DNA of 64,000 nucleotides from an uncultured Clostridia bacterium (GTDB lineage: Bacteria > Bacillota > Clostridia > TANB77 > CAG-508), in the NCBI GenBank assembly GCA_963559065.1, contig CAUWIY010000010.1, positions 5,527 to 69,526 on the forward strand, written 5' to 3'. The position numbers and the translations under genes are program-made. Of this stretch, positions 47,335 to 56,061 are shown one piece after another. Position 1 is the first letter of the stretch, and every line of letters begins with the position of its first letter. The notes beneath the pieces are model-generated. The model saw only the letters and a list, made by a program, of their open reading frames with translations. It was not told where the DNA came from and ran no database searches.

Positions 47335-48711
47335 ATGGAAATACCAGTTAAAAAAAATCAAGAATATGTAGTAGATATAATTGATAGTGGATTTGAAGGA
47401 GAAGGCATTGCTAAAATTAATGATTTTACAGTGTTTGTTAGTGGTGCAATAAAGGGAGAAAAGGTAAAAGTTTTAATAGTAAAAGTATTGTCATCACATG
47501 CTTTTGGGAAGATTGTAGAGATATTAAAAAAATCAGATGTAAGACAAGAACCAGATTGTATGACATATAAAAGATGTGGTGGCTGTAATATGAGGCATAT
47601 AAAATATGAAGAAACATTATTAATGAAACAAAATGCAGTACAATCGCTGGTTAATAAAACGTTAAAAAATAAATTACAAGTTAACCCAACAATAGGAATG
47701 GAAAATCCGTTGCACTATAGAAATAAGGCACAATATCCTATAGGAATAAATAAAAAAGGAGAACCAGTAATAGGAGTATTTGCAAACAGAACTCATGAAG
47801 TTATACCAATGGAAAAATGCTTAATACAAAACCAAATTTCAGAAAAAATTGCAAAAACAATATTAAATTTTATAAAAGAAAGACATATTTCAATATATAA
47901 TGAAAAAACTGGAAAAGGATTGATTAGACACATTGTAATAAAAGTAGGAATACAAACAAATCAAATGATGTGTATAATTGTTATAAATGGAATAAATATT
48001 CCAAAGGAAAAAGAACTAATTTCAGAATTAGTAGAAAAATATCCAAACATAAAAACAATTGTTAAGAATGTAAACACAAAAAATACAAATGTAATCTTAG
48101 GCAAAGAGAATATCAATATATATGGAGAAGGATATATTGAAGATAAATTGGGAGAATATACATTTAAAATATCACCACTTTCATTTTATCAAGTAAATCC
48201 AATTCAGGCCGAAAAATTGTATAATATAGGAGTGAATGCTGCTAATATAACTAAGGATGATATTGTTTTTGATTTATATTGTGGTATAGGTACAATTTCA
48301 TTATTTATGGCTAAGTATGCAAAAAAAGTATATGGAGTTGAAATAGTAGAACAAGCAATTAATGATGCAAAAGCAAATGCAGAATTAAATAGAATAAATA
48401 ATGTGGAATTTATAGCGGGAGATACAGAAGTTGTTTTAGATGATTTAATTAATGAAAAACGAATAATTCCTGATGTTGTTATGGTAGATCCTCCTAGAAA
48501 AGGTCTTGATGGTGTTTCTATTGAAAATATTCTTAGAATTAAGCCGGAAAGATTTGTTTATATTAGTTGTAATCCTGCCACTTTGGTTCGTGATTTGTCT
48601 AAGTTTGAGACAGTTTATGATATTAAAGAGGTACAACCAGTAGACATGTTTCCATTTACTAGTCATGTGGAGTGTTGCTCGGTGCTATATCTAAAAGATT
48701 CGATACAATAG
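47335..48711 (+). CDS. 23S rRNA (uracil-C5)-methyltransferase RlmD/RumA-like (TRAM + 4Fe-4S + SAM MTase)
   Basis: N-terminal TRAM domain, Cys cluster CMTYKRCGGCNMRH, DLYCGIGT SAM site, ISCNPATLVRDL, HVEC. Start moved to ATG 47335 (AGGGAG SD). Confidence 0.85.
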   Translation: MEIPVKKNQEYVVDIIDSGFEGEGIAKINDFTVFVSGAIKGEKVKVLIVKVLSSHAFGKIVEILKKSDVRQEPDCMTYKRCGGCNMRHIKYEETLLMKQNAVQSLVNKTLKNKLQVNPTIGMENPLHYRNKAQYPIGINKKGEPVIGVFANRTHEVIPMEKCLIQNQISEKIAKTILNFIKERHISIYNEKTGKGLIRHIVIKVGIQTNQMMCIIVINGINIPKEKELISELVEKYPNIKTIVKNVNTKNTNVILGKENINIYGEGYIEDKLGEYTFKISPLSFYQVNPIQAEKLYNIGVNAANITKDDIVFDLYCGIGTISLFMAKYAKKVYGVEIVEQAINDAKANAELNRINNVEFIAGDTEVVLDDLINEKRIIPDVVMVDPPRKGLDGVSIENILRIKPERFVYISCNPATLVRDLSKFETVYDIKEVQPVDMFPFTSHVECCSVLYLKDSIQ

Positions 48712-48976
48712 CTCAATTTACTGCATTTGAAAATCTTGTTAGTTTTAAGAAAAAAGGTGAAAATAAGATTAAACGAGTTGAAAATCATAAAATTAAGGTA
48801 ACGATAGAAGTTGATATGGTATGCGGAGTAGTATAATTTGATAATAAAATTTAAGAATGTTTGGAGATAAAACTTAAAATGTAAAGTATGTAATAATTTA
48901 ATTTGTTATATACTTTATTTTTTTGTTATTTTATGGTAAGATTTTAGCATAATTAATATTGATTTAGGAGAAATTT

Positions 48977-49447
48977 ATGTTTAGAATAGCAAGATATGAA
49001 GATATAGAAGAAATATCAAAATTAAGAGTAATGCAACAAAAAGATGATTGGAAAGAATTATATCCAAATAAAGATGAAGAATTTTATATAATAACAAAGA
49101 ACTATTTGGAAGAGCATTTAAACAAAGATATATTCTTTTTTATAGAGATTATAGAAAACAAAATAGTTGCAACTTGTGGATTACAGGTAATAAAATATAT
49201 GCCACAATGTGTAGAAAGTGGCATTGAAGGATATATCTGTGATGTATTTACATTGAAAGAATACAGAAGAAAAGGGATACAAACTAATTTGATAAAAGAA
49301 TGTATTAAATTTGCAAAGGAGAATCGCATTATTGAATTAAAACTTTCAAGTGATAATCCAGAGGCTATAAAAATTTATCAAGAACAAGGCTTTGAACATG
49401 ATAAATTAATTATGAAAAGGGAAATTAAGGAGGATAAAGTTGATTAA
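48977..49447 (+). CDS. GNAT family N-acetyltransferase
   Basis: VFTLKEYRRKGIQTNLIKECIKFAKE (motif A) and C-terminal YQEQGF. Confidence 0.8.
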   Translation: MFRIARYEDIEEISKLRVMQQKDDWKELYPNKDEEFYIITKNYLEEHLNKDIFFFIEIIENKIVATCGLQVIKYMPQCVESGIEGYICDVFTLKEYRRKGIQTNLIKECIKFAKENRIIELKLSSDNPEAIKIYQEQGFEHDKLIMKREIKEDKVD

Positions 49448-49615
49448 TAAATATTTAAATATAAAAAATTATAATAACAGCAAGATGTAGTGAGTTTCAT
49501 GATGATTCATATTTTTTAAGTAAATATTATTTAATTCATTTAAGAAGGGTAGAAAAAATACAAAGTGAGTAAGAGAATAAATTTTAGTAAACAATAGATT
49601 GGAGAAAATGAAATA

Positions 49616-50305
49616 ATGGATGAAAATTTAAAAGATAAAGATAATTCAAATTATATAAAAAACATATCTGCTTTTGAAAAATATAAAAATGAAATAAATG
49701 AAGAAATAATGCAATACATAAAAAACGAAATATTTCCATTATACAATAAAAATGAGGAAGGACATGGAATAAATCATATAAAAACAGTAATAAAAAGAAG
49801 CTTAGAATTAGCCCATAAATATGATGTGAATTTAGACATTGTATATGTAATTGCATCATATCATGATTTGGGACATTATATAGATAGAAAAACACATGAA
49901 ATAATATCAGCTGAGATGTTTATAAAAGATGAAAATATGAAGAAATGGTTTAATGATGAACAAAGAAATACAATAAAAGAAGCAATAGAAGACCATAGGG
50001 CTTCAAGCAGTCACAAACCTAGAAGTATATATGGGATGATTGTTAGTACAGCAGATAGAACCATTATGGATATAGATGATGCAATAAAGAGAACATATTC
50101 ATATGGAATGAAAAACTATCCAGGACTTACAAAAGAAGAACAAATAGAAAGAATATATCAACATTTAACAGAAAAATACGGAGAAAAAGGATATGCTAAA
50201 ATTTATTTAGAAGATGAAGAATTTGATAAAGCAATTCAAAATTTAAGAAGAGCATTATCCAATAAACAAGAATTTATTGCTAGAGTGAATAAAATAGTAA
50301 AATAG
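49616..50305 (+). CDS. HD-domain phosphohydrolase
   Basis: GHGINHIKTV...ASYHDLGHY...STADR. Confidence 0.7.
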   Translation: MDENLKDKDNSNYIKNISAFEKYKNEINEEIMQYIKNEIFPLYNKNEEGHGINHIKTVIKRSLELAHKYDVNLDIVYVIASYHDLGHYIDRKTHEIISAEMFIKDENMKKWFNDEQRNTIKEAIEDHRASSSHKPRSIYGMIVSTADRTIMDIDDAIKRTYSYGMKNYPGLTKEEQIERIYQHLTEKYGEKGYAKIYLEDEEFDKAIQNLRRALSNKQEFIARVNKIVK

Positions 50306-50374
50306 AAATAACGCAAAATATTTAAAAAACTAGTAATCTACAAGGAAAATATATAAAAAGGAGATGGAAAACAA

Positions 50375-50905
50375 ATGAAAATATTAATGGGAACAAAAAA
50401 TCCAGGAAAAATAGAAGGAGCTAGGCAGGCTTTTGGAAAATATTTTGATAATGTTGAAATACAAGGAATTGCAGTAGATTCAGAGGTAGGAGACCAGCCG
50501 TTTAATAAAGAAATATTGCAAGGTGCTAAAAATAGAGTTAAAAATCTAAAAAAATATGCAATACAAAATCAAATTAAAGCAGAGTTTTACATATCAAGTG
50601 AAGCAGGAATTACAAATTTGTTGGGAGAATGGATTGACATTAATTGTGCTGTAATAGAAGATTCAAAAGGGTTTCAAAGCATAGGAACAAGCCAAGGATT
50701 TCCAATACCTGAAAAGTATATAGAAGAAATAAAAGAGACAGAACTTGGAAAAGTTATGGATAAAATATTTAATGGAAAAGAATTAGGTAAAGGAAAAGGT
50801 GGAATAAGTCATTTAACAAAAGATGTAGTTTCAAGAATTGATTTAACTAGAAATGCTTTTATAATGGCACTAACAAAACATATTAATGGAGATTTATGGA
50901 AATGA
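50375..50905 (+). CDS. Inosine/xanthosine triphosphatase-like NTPase (YjjX/DUF84 family)
   Basis: MKILMGTKNPGKIEGARQAF...VDSEVGDQPF...GAKNRVKNL parallels the YjjX N-terminus. Confidence 0.65.
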   Translation: MKILMGTKNPGKIEGARQAFGKYFDNVEIQGIAVDSEVGDQPFNKEILQGAKNRVKNLKKYAIQNQIKAEFYISSEAGITNLLGEWIDINCAVIEDSKGFQSIGTSQGFPIPEKYIEEIKETELGKVMDKIFNGKELGKGKGGISHLTKDVVSRIDLTRNAFIMALTKHINGDLWK

Positions 50906-51083
50906 TGATATAGTATAATTATATTGGAACAATTATACTAATAAATAATAGCGTTTCAATTGAAGATATAAGTAGATAAATGAAATTTTATAAATTCTCA
51001 AGAATAAATAAAAAATAAGGCATTTAAATATGCTTTATTTTTTTTACAATTATATTACATTTTTCGAAATAAAGAACAATTTA

Positions 51084-51112
51084 TTGACTAAAAAAAATGT
51101 GAATGATATAAT
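51084..51112 (+). promoter_or_regulatory. Promoter of the hydrolase/cadherin-like pair
   Basis: TTGACT, 17-nt spacer, TATAAT. Confidence 0.55.
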
Positions 51113-51183
51113 AAAGTCGAAAAATAGGTAAAAAATAGTAAACGAAAAAATAATAGACAAAAGAATAATAAATGGAGGAAACA

Positions 51184-52716
51184 ATGGAAAAGAAAAAGAA
51201 AATTATATCAACAATTATTATTTTAACAATTATAATATATTATTCACTTTCAATATTAATTCAAAATAATGTTTTTGCAGTAACACAGGTTGTAAGTACA
51301 GACATAGAAAACATTGATGAGTCTAAATACCCAGGAATAAAATCAAGAATAAAAGAATTACAAAGGCAATATCCAAATTGGAATTTTAAATTATTATACA
51401 CAAAATTGGATTGGAATGAAGTAATTAGAAATGAATATACAGGACATGGAACATCTCCTAAAAACTTAGTATATAAATCAGAAAAATATAAGGGAGAATG
51501 GATTTGTCCTATATGTGGAGATAGAGCATATGATAACGGAAATTGGAGATGTGCTTCTGAACAAGCAATTAAATATATGATGGATCCTAGAGCATCTTTA
51601 AATGCTTCTGATGTTTTTCAGTTTGAAGAGCTAACAAATGTTGGTTGTGATATAAATACATTGAAAAATATGACCAGGGGAACTTTTTTAGAAGGACATG
51701 AACAAGGAATTATAAATGCTGCGAATAATAATAATGTTAACGCATATTATATAGTAGCTAGATTAATTCAAGAACAAGGAACAAGCGGATCAGTGTTGAC
51801 ATCTGGAGCGGGTTATAATGGACAATATGTTGGATATTATAATGCTTTTAATATAGCTGCTTCTGGAAATTCATCATCAGCAATTATACTAAATGCTTTA
51901 AATTATGCACAAAAAAAAGGATGGACAAGTTTAGATGCTTCAATAGATGGTGGAATAAGTTTCTTAGCAAAACAATATATTCAAAAAGGACAGAATACTT
52001 TATATCTTCAAAAATTTGATGTAGAAGAAACAAATGGATATTATTCACATCAATATATGCAAAATATATTAGCAGCCCAAAATGAAGGAATGACATTAAA
52101 AAATACTTATAGTAGTATAAATTCTATTGCATCACCACATACATTTGTTATACCAGTATATGAAAATATGCCTGTAGAAGTTAGCAAAAGACCAGATTCA
52201 AATGGAAGTAATGTTAAGCCAAATCCAAATGAAGATTTAGTAAGAGTAAATGTAGGAAGTTCATTAAGAATAAGAAATAGTCCAAACGGAGATAAAACAA
52301 TCGGATGGTTATATAAAGATGAAGTTGTAACAAGATTAGAAAAAGCAACATCAAAAGTTGGTGGTACATATTGGGATAAAATAAGAAAATCAGATGGAAC
52401 AGTAGGCTATGCTGCAAGAGAGACATACGAAAATGAAGCTGAATATAAATTATATTTAGTACCAATAAATGAATCTGATAACAATAATAATGGAAATAAC
52501 AATAATGATAATGGAAATAATAATGATGATTATATGGCGGGAGATGTTAATGGAGATAAAAAAATAACATCAAGTGATTATGTACTAATTAAAGATTATA
52601 TTATGGAAAGTTCACCTTTATCAGATACAGCTAAAAAAGCGGCTGATTATAATAAAGATGGAAAAATAACATCAAGTGATTACGTATTAATTAAGGACTA
52701 TATTATGGAGGAATAA
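51184..52716 (+). CDS. Secreted peptidoglycan hydrolase (GH73-like glucosaminidase domain) + SH3b + C-terminal dockerin
   Basis: Signal/TM helix. ARLIQEQGTSGS...NAFNI glucosaminidase-like core. SH3b-like VRVNVGSSLRIRNSPNGDKTIGWLYKDE. Two dockerin segments, GDVNGDKKITSSDYVLIKDYIM and DYNKDGKITSSDYVLIKDYIM. Start moved to ATG 51184 (GGAGG SD). Confidence 0.7.
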   Translation: MEKKKKIISTIIILTIIIYYSLSILIQNNVFAVTQVVSTDIENIDESKYPGIKSRIKELQRQYPNWNFKLLYTKLDWNEVIRNEYTGHGTSPKNLVYKSEKYKGEWICPICGDRAYDNGNWRCASEQAIKYMMDPRASLNASDVFQFEELTNVGCDINTLKNMTRGTFLEGHEQGIINAANNNNVNAYYIVARLIQEQGTSGSVLTSGAGYNGQYVGYYNAFNIAASGNSSSAIILNALNYAQKKGWTSLDASIDGGISFLAKQYIQKGQNTLYLQKFDVEETNGYYSHQYMQNILAAQNEGMTLKNTYSSINSIASPHTFVIPVYENMPVEVSKRPDSNGSNVKPNPNEDLVRVNVGSSLRIRNSPNGDKTIGWLYKDEVVTRLEKATSKVGGTYWDKIRKSDGTVGYAARETYENEAEYKLYLVPINESDNNNNGNNNNDNGNNNDDYMAGDVNGDKKITSSDYVLIKDYIMESSPLSDTAKKAADYNKDGKITSSDYVLIKDYIMEE

Positions 52717-52721
52717 AATAT

Positions 52722-54377
52722 ATGAAAAACATAAGAATAAAAGCAATTTTATTTGGAATTGCTATGATAGCACTTATAATGTTTATACCTAATTTATCTA
52801 AAGCAGCTTCTCTTTCAATAAGAGCGTCTAAATCGACTGCTAATGCAGGAGAAACAATTAGTGTAACAATATCTTCAGATAGTGTCGGAAGAGTAAATTT
52901 ATCAGTATCAAATGGAACATTATCTACAAATAAAGTTTGGTTAGAAAATAATTCTCAAACAGTAAATGTAACTGTAGGAGGACAAGGTACAACGACAATT
53001 ACAGCAACACCAGAAAATGGTCAAATGTCTAATAATAAGGTGGATGTACCAGTAGCTGCCCAATCAGTAAATATTGCAATAAATAGTGGAAACAACAATA
53101 ATGGAAATAATGGTGGTGGAACAACATCAAAATCAAATAATGCAAATTTAGGAAATTTAGGAATTACACCAAATGACTTTACAGGATTTAGAGCAAATAA
53201 AACTAGTTATAGTGTGACAGTACCAAACAATGTGAGTACAATTAATGTTTATGCAAAAAAAGGACATAGTGGTCAAACAATATCAGGGACAGGAAATAAA
53301 ACACTAAATGTAGGAAATAATACATTTAATGTAGTAGTAACAGCAGAAGATGGAGTTACAAAAAAAACATACACAATTAATGTTACAAGAGAAGGTGGAG
53401 ACAATACACAAACTGTTACAAATCAATCTAATAATGCAGATTTAAAAAACTTAGGAATAAGACCAAATGACTTTTCTGGTTTTAAAGCAAATAAAACAGA
53501 ATATTCAGTTGAAGTTCCAAATGAAGTTGAAAATATAGAAGTATATGCAGTAAAAGGAAATGACAAACAAACAATTACAGGAACAGGTAATAAAACATTA
53601 ACAGAAGGAGAAAATACATTTAATGTCGTTGTAACAGCAGAAGATGGAACAACTAAAAAGATATATACAATTAATGTTAGAAGAAAAGCTAAAGACGAGA
53701 CTACAGAAGAAAAACCAACAGAAGAAAATCCCGAAGAAGATCCATTAGAAGAAATTTTTGGATTATCAGAATTAACAGTAGAAGGACTTAACTTAAACCC
53801 AGAATTTAAAACAGATATTTATGAATATACATTAGACTTAGAGGAAGACAAAGAAAAATTAGATATAATAACAGTTTCAACAGAAGTAAATGCAACTATA
53901 GAAGTAACAGGAAATGAACAATTACAAAACGGTGAAAATGTTATAACTATCTTGGTTTCGAATGAAGCAGGGGATAAGACCGCAACATATCAAATTACTG
54001 TAAATAAAAAAATTAAAGATGAAAATCTAATGGCTGAAGAACAAGAAAAAATTAAGCAAGAAAAACAAAAAAAGATAATTATGTTAGCTTGTTCGGCTGT
54101 AGCTGTTGTAATAATAGGTATTGTTGCAATTGTTATAATTATTAAGAAATCAAGAAACGCATCATCTGAAATACCATATTCAAATTTATATGATGAAGAA
54201 GATAATTTTGATGATGGTAATTATGAAGATTATACATATGGATTAAAACCAAAGCAAGAAATACAAGAAGATAAATTAGATAGCGAAAATTTAGCTGAAG
54301 AAAACACAGAATATGATGACTATGAGCAAGAAGAAACTAGAAAAAATAAACATAAAAAAGGAAAAAGATTTAAATAA
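52722..54377 (+). CDS. Cell-surface protein: Ig-like N-domain, three cadherin-like beta-sandwich repeats, C-terminal TM anchor
   Basis: Signal peptide. Repeats NANLGNLGITPNDFTGF...TYSVTVPN...VVVTAEDGVTKKTYTINVTR occur twice, plus a third diverged copy. A TM helix (IIMLACSAVAVVIIGIVAIVIII) and a charged tail follow. Confidence 0.7.
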   Translation: MKNIRIKAILFGIAMIALIMFIPNLSKAASLSIRASKSTANAGETISVTISSDSVGRVNLSVSNGTLSTNKVWLENNSQTVNVTVGGQGTTTITATPENGQMSNNKVDVPVAAQSVNIAINSGNNNNGNNGGGTTSKSNNANLGNLGITPNDFTGFRANKTSYSVTVPNNVSTINVYAKKGHSGQTISGTGNKTLNVGNNTFNVVVTAEDGVTKKTYTINVTREGGDNTQTVTNQSNNADLKNLGIRPNDFSGFKANKTEYSVEVPNEVENIEVYAVKGNDKQTITGTGNKTLTEGENTFNVVVTAEDGTTKKIYTINVRRKAKDETTEEKPTEENPEEDPLEEIFGLSELTVEGLNLNPEFKTDIYEYTLDLEEDKEKLDIITVSTEVNATIEVTGNEQLQNGENVITILVSNEAGDKTATYQITVNKKIKDENLMAEEQEKIKQEKQKKIIMLACSAVAVVIIGIVAIVIIIKKSRNASSEIPYSNLYDEEDNFDDGNYEDYTYGLKPKQEIQEDKLDSENLAEENTEYDDYEQEETRKNKHKKGKRFK

Positions 54378-54402
54378 AATTTAGTATAACAATAATAATA
54401 TT

Positions 54403-54445
54403 AAAACTACCATGTGATATGCAGTATTATATGGTAGTTTTTTAT
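54403..54445 (+). terminator. Rho-independent terminator
   Basis: aaaactaccat / atggtagtttt stem plus a T-run. Confidence 0.7.
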
Positions 54446-54463
54446 AATAAACCAAAATTGTGT

Positions 54464-54492
54464 TTGACATTTTTTTGTTTGTATGATATGAT
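54464..54492 (+). promoter_or_regulatory. Promoter of lexA
   Basis: TTGACA, 17-nt spacer, TATGAT. Confidence 0.5.
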
Positions 54493-54521
54493 GTATAAAA
54501 ATGTGAAATGGAGTGATATAT

Positions 54522-55172
54522 ATGCCAAGAAAAAAACCAGAATTAAATGGTAGAGAAAAATCAATCTTAAGATATATCGAAAAACAAATCATGACTGTTG
54601 GATATGCGCCATCTGTAAGAGAAATAGGAAAGGCAGTAGGCTTAAGTTCAACTGCAACAGTACATGGATATTTACAAAGATTAGAAGATAAAGGATATAT
54701 CAAAAAACAAGATAAAAAAGGAAGGACTTTAAGACTATTAAAAGGAACAACAGGAGAAACTAAAAAGACATCTACAAAAGATTTCTATACACAAAAAGAA
54801 CTTGTAGAAGTTCCAGTAGTTGGTAGAATTACAGCAGGAGCACCAATTTTAGCGGTAGAAAATATAACAGATACTTTTCCTATTCCAATTGATTTTGTTG
54901 GAAATTCAGACTGTTTCATGCTAACAGTTAGAGGAGAAAGTATGATTGAAGCTGGAATATTAGATGGAGACTATATTTTAGTAAGAAAACAAAATGATGC
55001 GTCAAATGGAGAAATCGTTGTTGCATTAATAGAAGATGAAGCAACAGTAAAAACATTTTATAAAGAAAAAGACCATATAAGATTACAACCTGAAAATAGT
55101 ACAATGGATCCAATAATTGTACCAAATTGCGAAATTTTAGGAAAAGTTTGTGGTGTATTTAGAAAAATGTAG
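54522..55172 (+). CDS. lexA: LexA repressor
   Basis: N-terminal wHTH ([33 protein letters not shown]), cleavage region AGAP, Ser (RGESM) and Lys (ATVKTF) catalytic dyad. Start moved to ATG 54522. Confidence 0.9.
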   Translation: MPRKKPELNGREKSILRYIEKQIMTVGYAPSVREIGKAVGLSSTATVHGYLQRLEDKGYIKKQDKKGRTLRLLKGTTGETKKTSTKDFYTQKELVEVPVVGRITAGAPILAVENITDTFPIPIDFVGNSDCFMLTVRGESMIEAGILDGDYILVRKQNDASNGEIVVALIEDEATVKTFYKEKDHIRLQPENSTMDPIIVPNCEILGKVCGVFRKM

Positions 55173-55215
55173 CAATAAAAATATAAAAATTTACAAAAAA
55201 TTTACAAAAAGAACA

Positions 55216-55261
55216 TTGACAAATGACACTGTGTCATATAAAATATATGACACAGTGTCAT
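55216..55261 (+). promoter_or_regulatory. Promoter with two 15-bp palindromic operators (TetR autoregulation candidate)
   Basis: TTGACA (55216-55221), TAAAAT (55239-55244). ATGACACTGTGTCAT (55223-55237) and ATGACACAGTGTCAT (55247-55261) are each a perfect 7-1-7 palindrome. Confidence 0.65.
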
Positions 55262-55342
55262 TTTATGTGTGAAAACATAAATTAAATAAGACAATTAAAT
55301 TATTATTTGGTAAAAAAATAATTAGAGTAAGGAGATGAGAAT

Positions 55343-55960
55343 GTGCCAAGTGAAACATTTCTTAGACTTTCAGAAGACAAAAAAGAAAAAGTTTTATTAG
55401 CGGCAAAAAAAGAATTTTCAAGAGTTCCACTAGAAAAAGTTTCAATAAAAAATATAGTAGAAGATGCCGAAATTGCTAGAGGAAGCTTTTATCAATATTT
55501 TGAAGATAAAGAAGATTTGTTGGGATATATATTAACAAATCATTTTAAAGAAATGAACGAAAAAATGGAAAAACAGATAGAAGAAGTAAAGGGAGATATA
55601 TTTGAATTTTTTATTTCATTATATGATTTTATGACTAGTAATTGTTTAACAAATGAAGATTTAAACTTTTATAAAAAAATATTTGAAAATATTAGAACTT
55701 GTGAAGATTTTTTATTTTCAAAGAAAATTATAAAAGAAAGACCAAAAAAAATTAAAGATTATATTGATAAAATAGATACTAGCAATTTAAGAGTAACTAC
55801 ACAAGAAGACATTGAAATAATTGAAAAAATGTTATTTACAATAACAAATAAGGCAATTGTGATGAGATTTAAATATGAATCAAAAGAGAAAGCAAAAGAG
55901 GATTATTTAAAACAAATTAATTACATAAAATATGGAGTTTTAAGTTCAAAAAAAGAATAA
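55343..55960 (+). CDS. TetR/AcrR family transcriptional regulator
   Basis: GTG start 8 nt after an AAGGAG SD. N-terminal HTH KNIVEDAEIARGSFYQYFEDKEDL. Confidence 0.85.
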   Translation: MPSETFLRLSEDKKEKVLLAAKKEFSRVPLEKVSIKNIVEDAEIARGSFYQYFEDKEDLLGYILTNHFKEMNEKMEKQIEEVKGDIFEFFISLYDFMTSNCLTNEDLNFYKKIFENIRTCEDFLFSKKIIKERPKKIKDYIDKIDTSNLRVTTQEDIEIIEKMLFTITNKAIVMRFKYESKEKAKEDYLKQINYIKYGVLSSKKE

Positions 55961-56061
55961 GAAGTAATATAATATGGAAATATTTTTGTAAGAGATATTT
56001 CAAATAGATAGAACTTTTTAAATTAAAAGGCCTTATTTGGCTAAAACAGAAGGAGGAAAAA

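Noticed and set aside
48710-48835. Open frame just past the rlmD/rumA stop (AQFTAFENLVSFKKKGENKIKRVENHKIKVTIEVDMVCGVV). It could be a frameshifted remnant of the long C-terminal tail seen in some RumA-type proteins, or a scar of an ICE integration at rumA.
   Set aside because: It rests only on a vague remembered resemblance. No integrase, att repeat or mobile genes are nearby. It cannot be supported without alignment to long-form homologues.
54482-54494. 13-nt identity (TATGATATGATGT) between the lexA promoter spacer/-10 and the foldback terminal repeat (21739-21751).
   Set aside because: A 13-mer of A/T-rich composition is expected to recur by chance at roughly this scale in 2 x 64 kb. There is no extended similarity on either side.
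54378-54521. Search for a Cheo-type LexA box (GAAC-N4-GTTC) upstream of lexA, and near addA.
   Set aside because: No GAAC/GTTC dyad is visible by eye in the lexA upstream region. A diverged box cannot be excluded without a position-weight-matrix scan, so no operator is reported.
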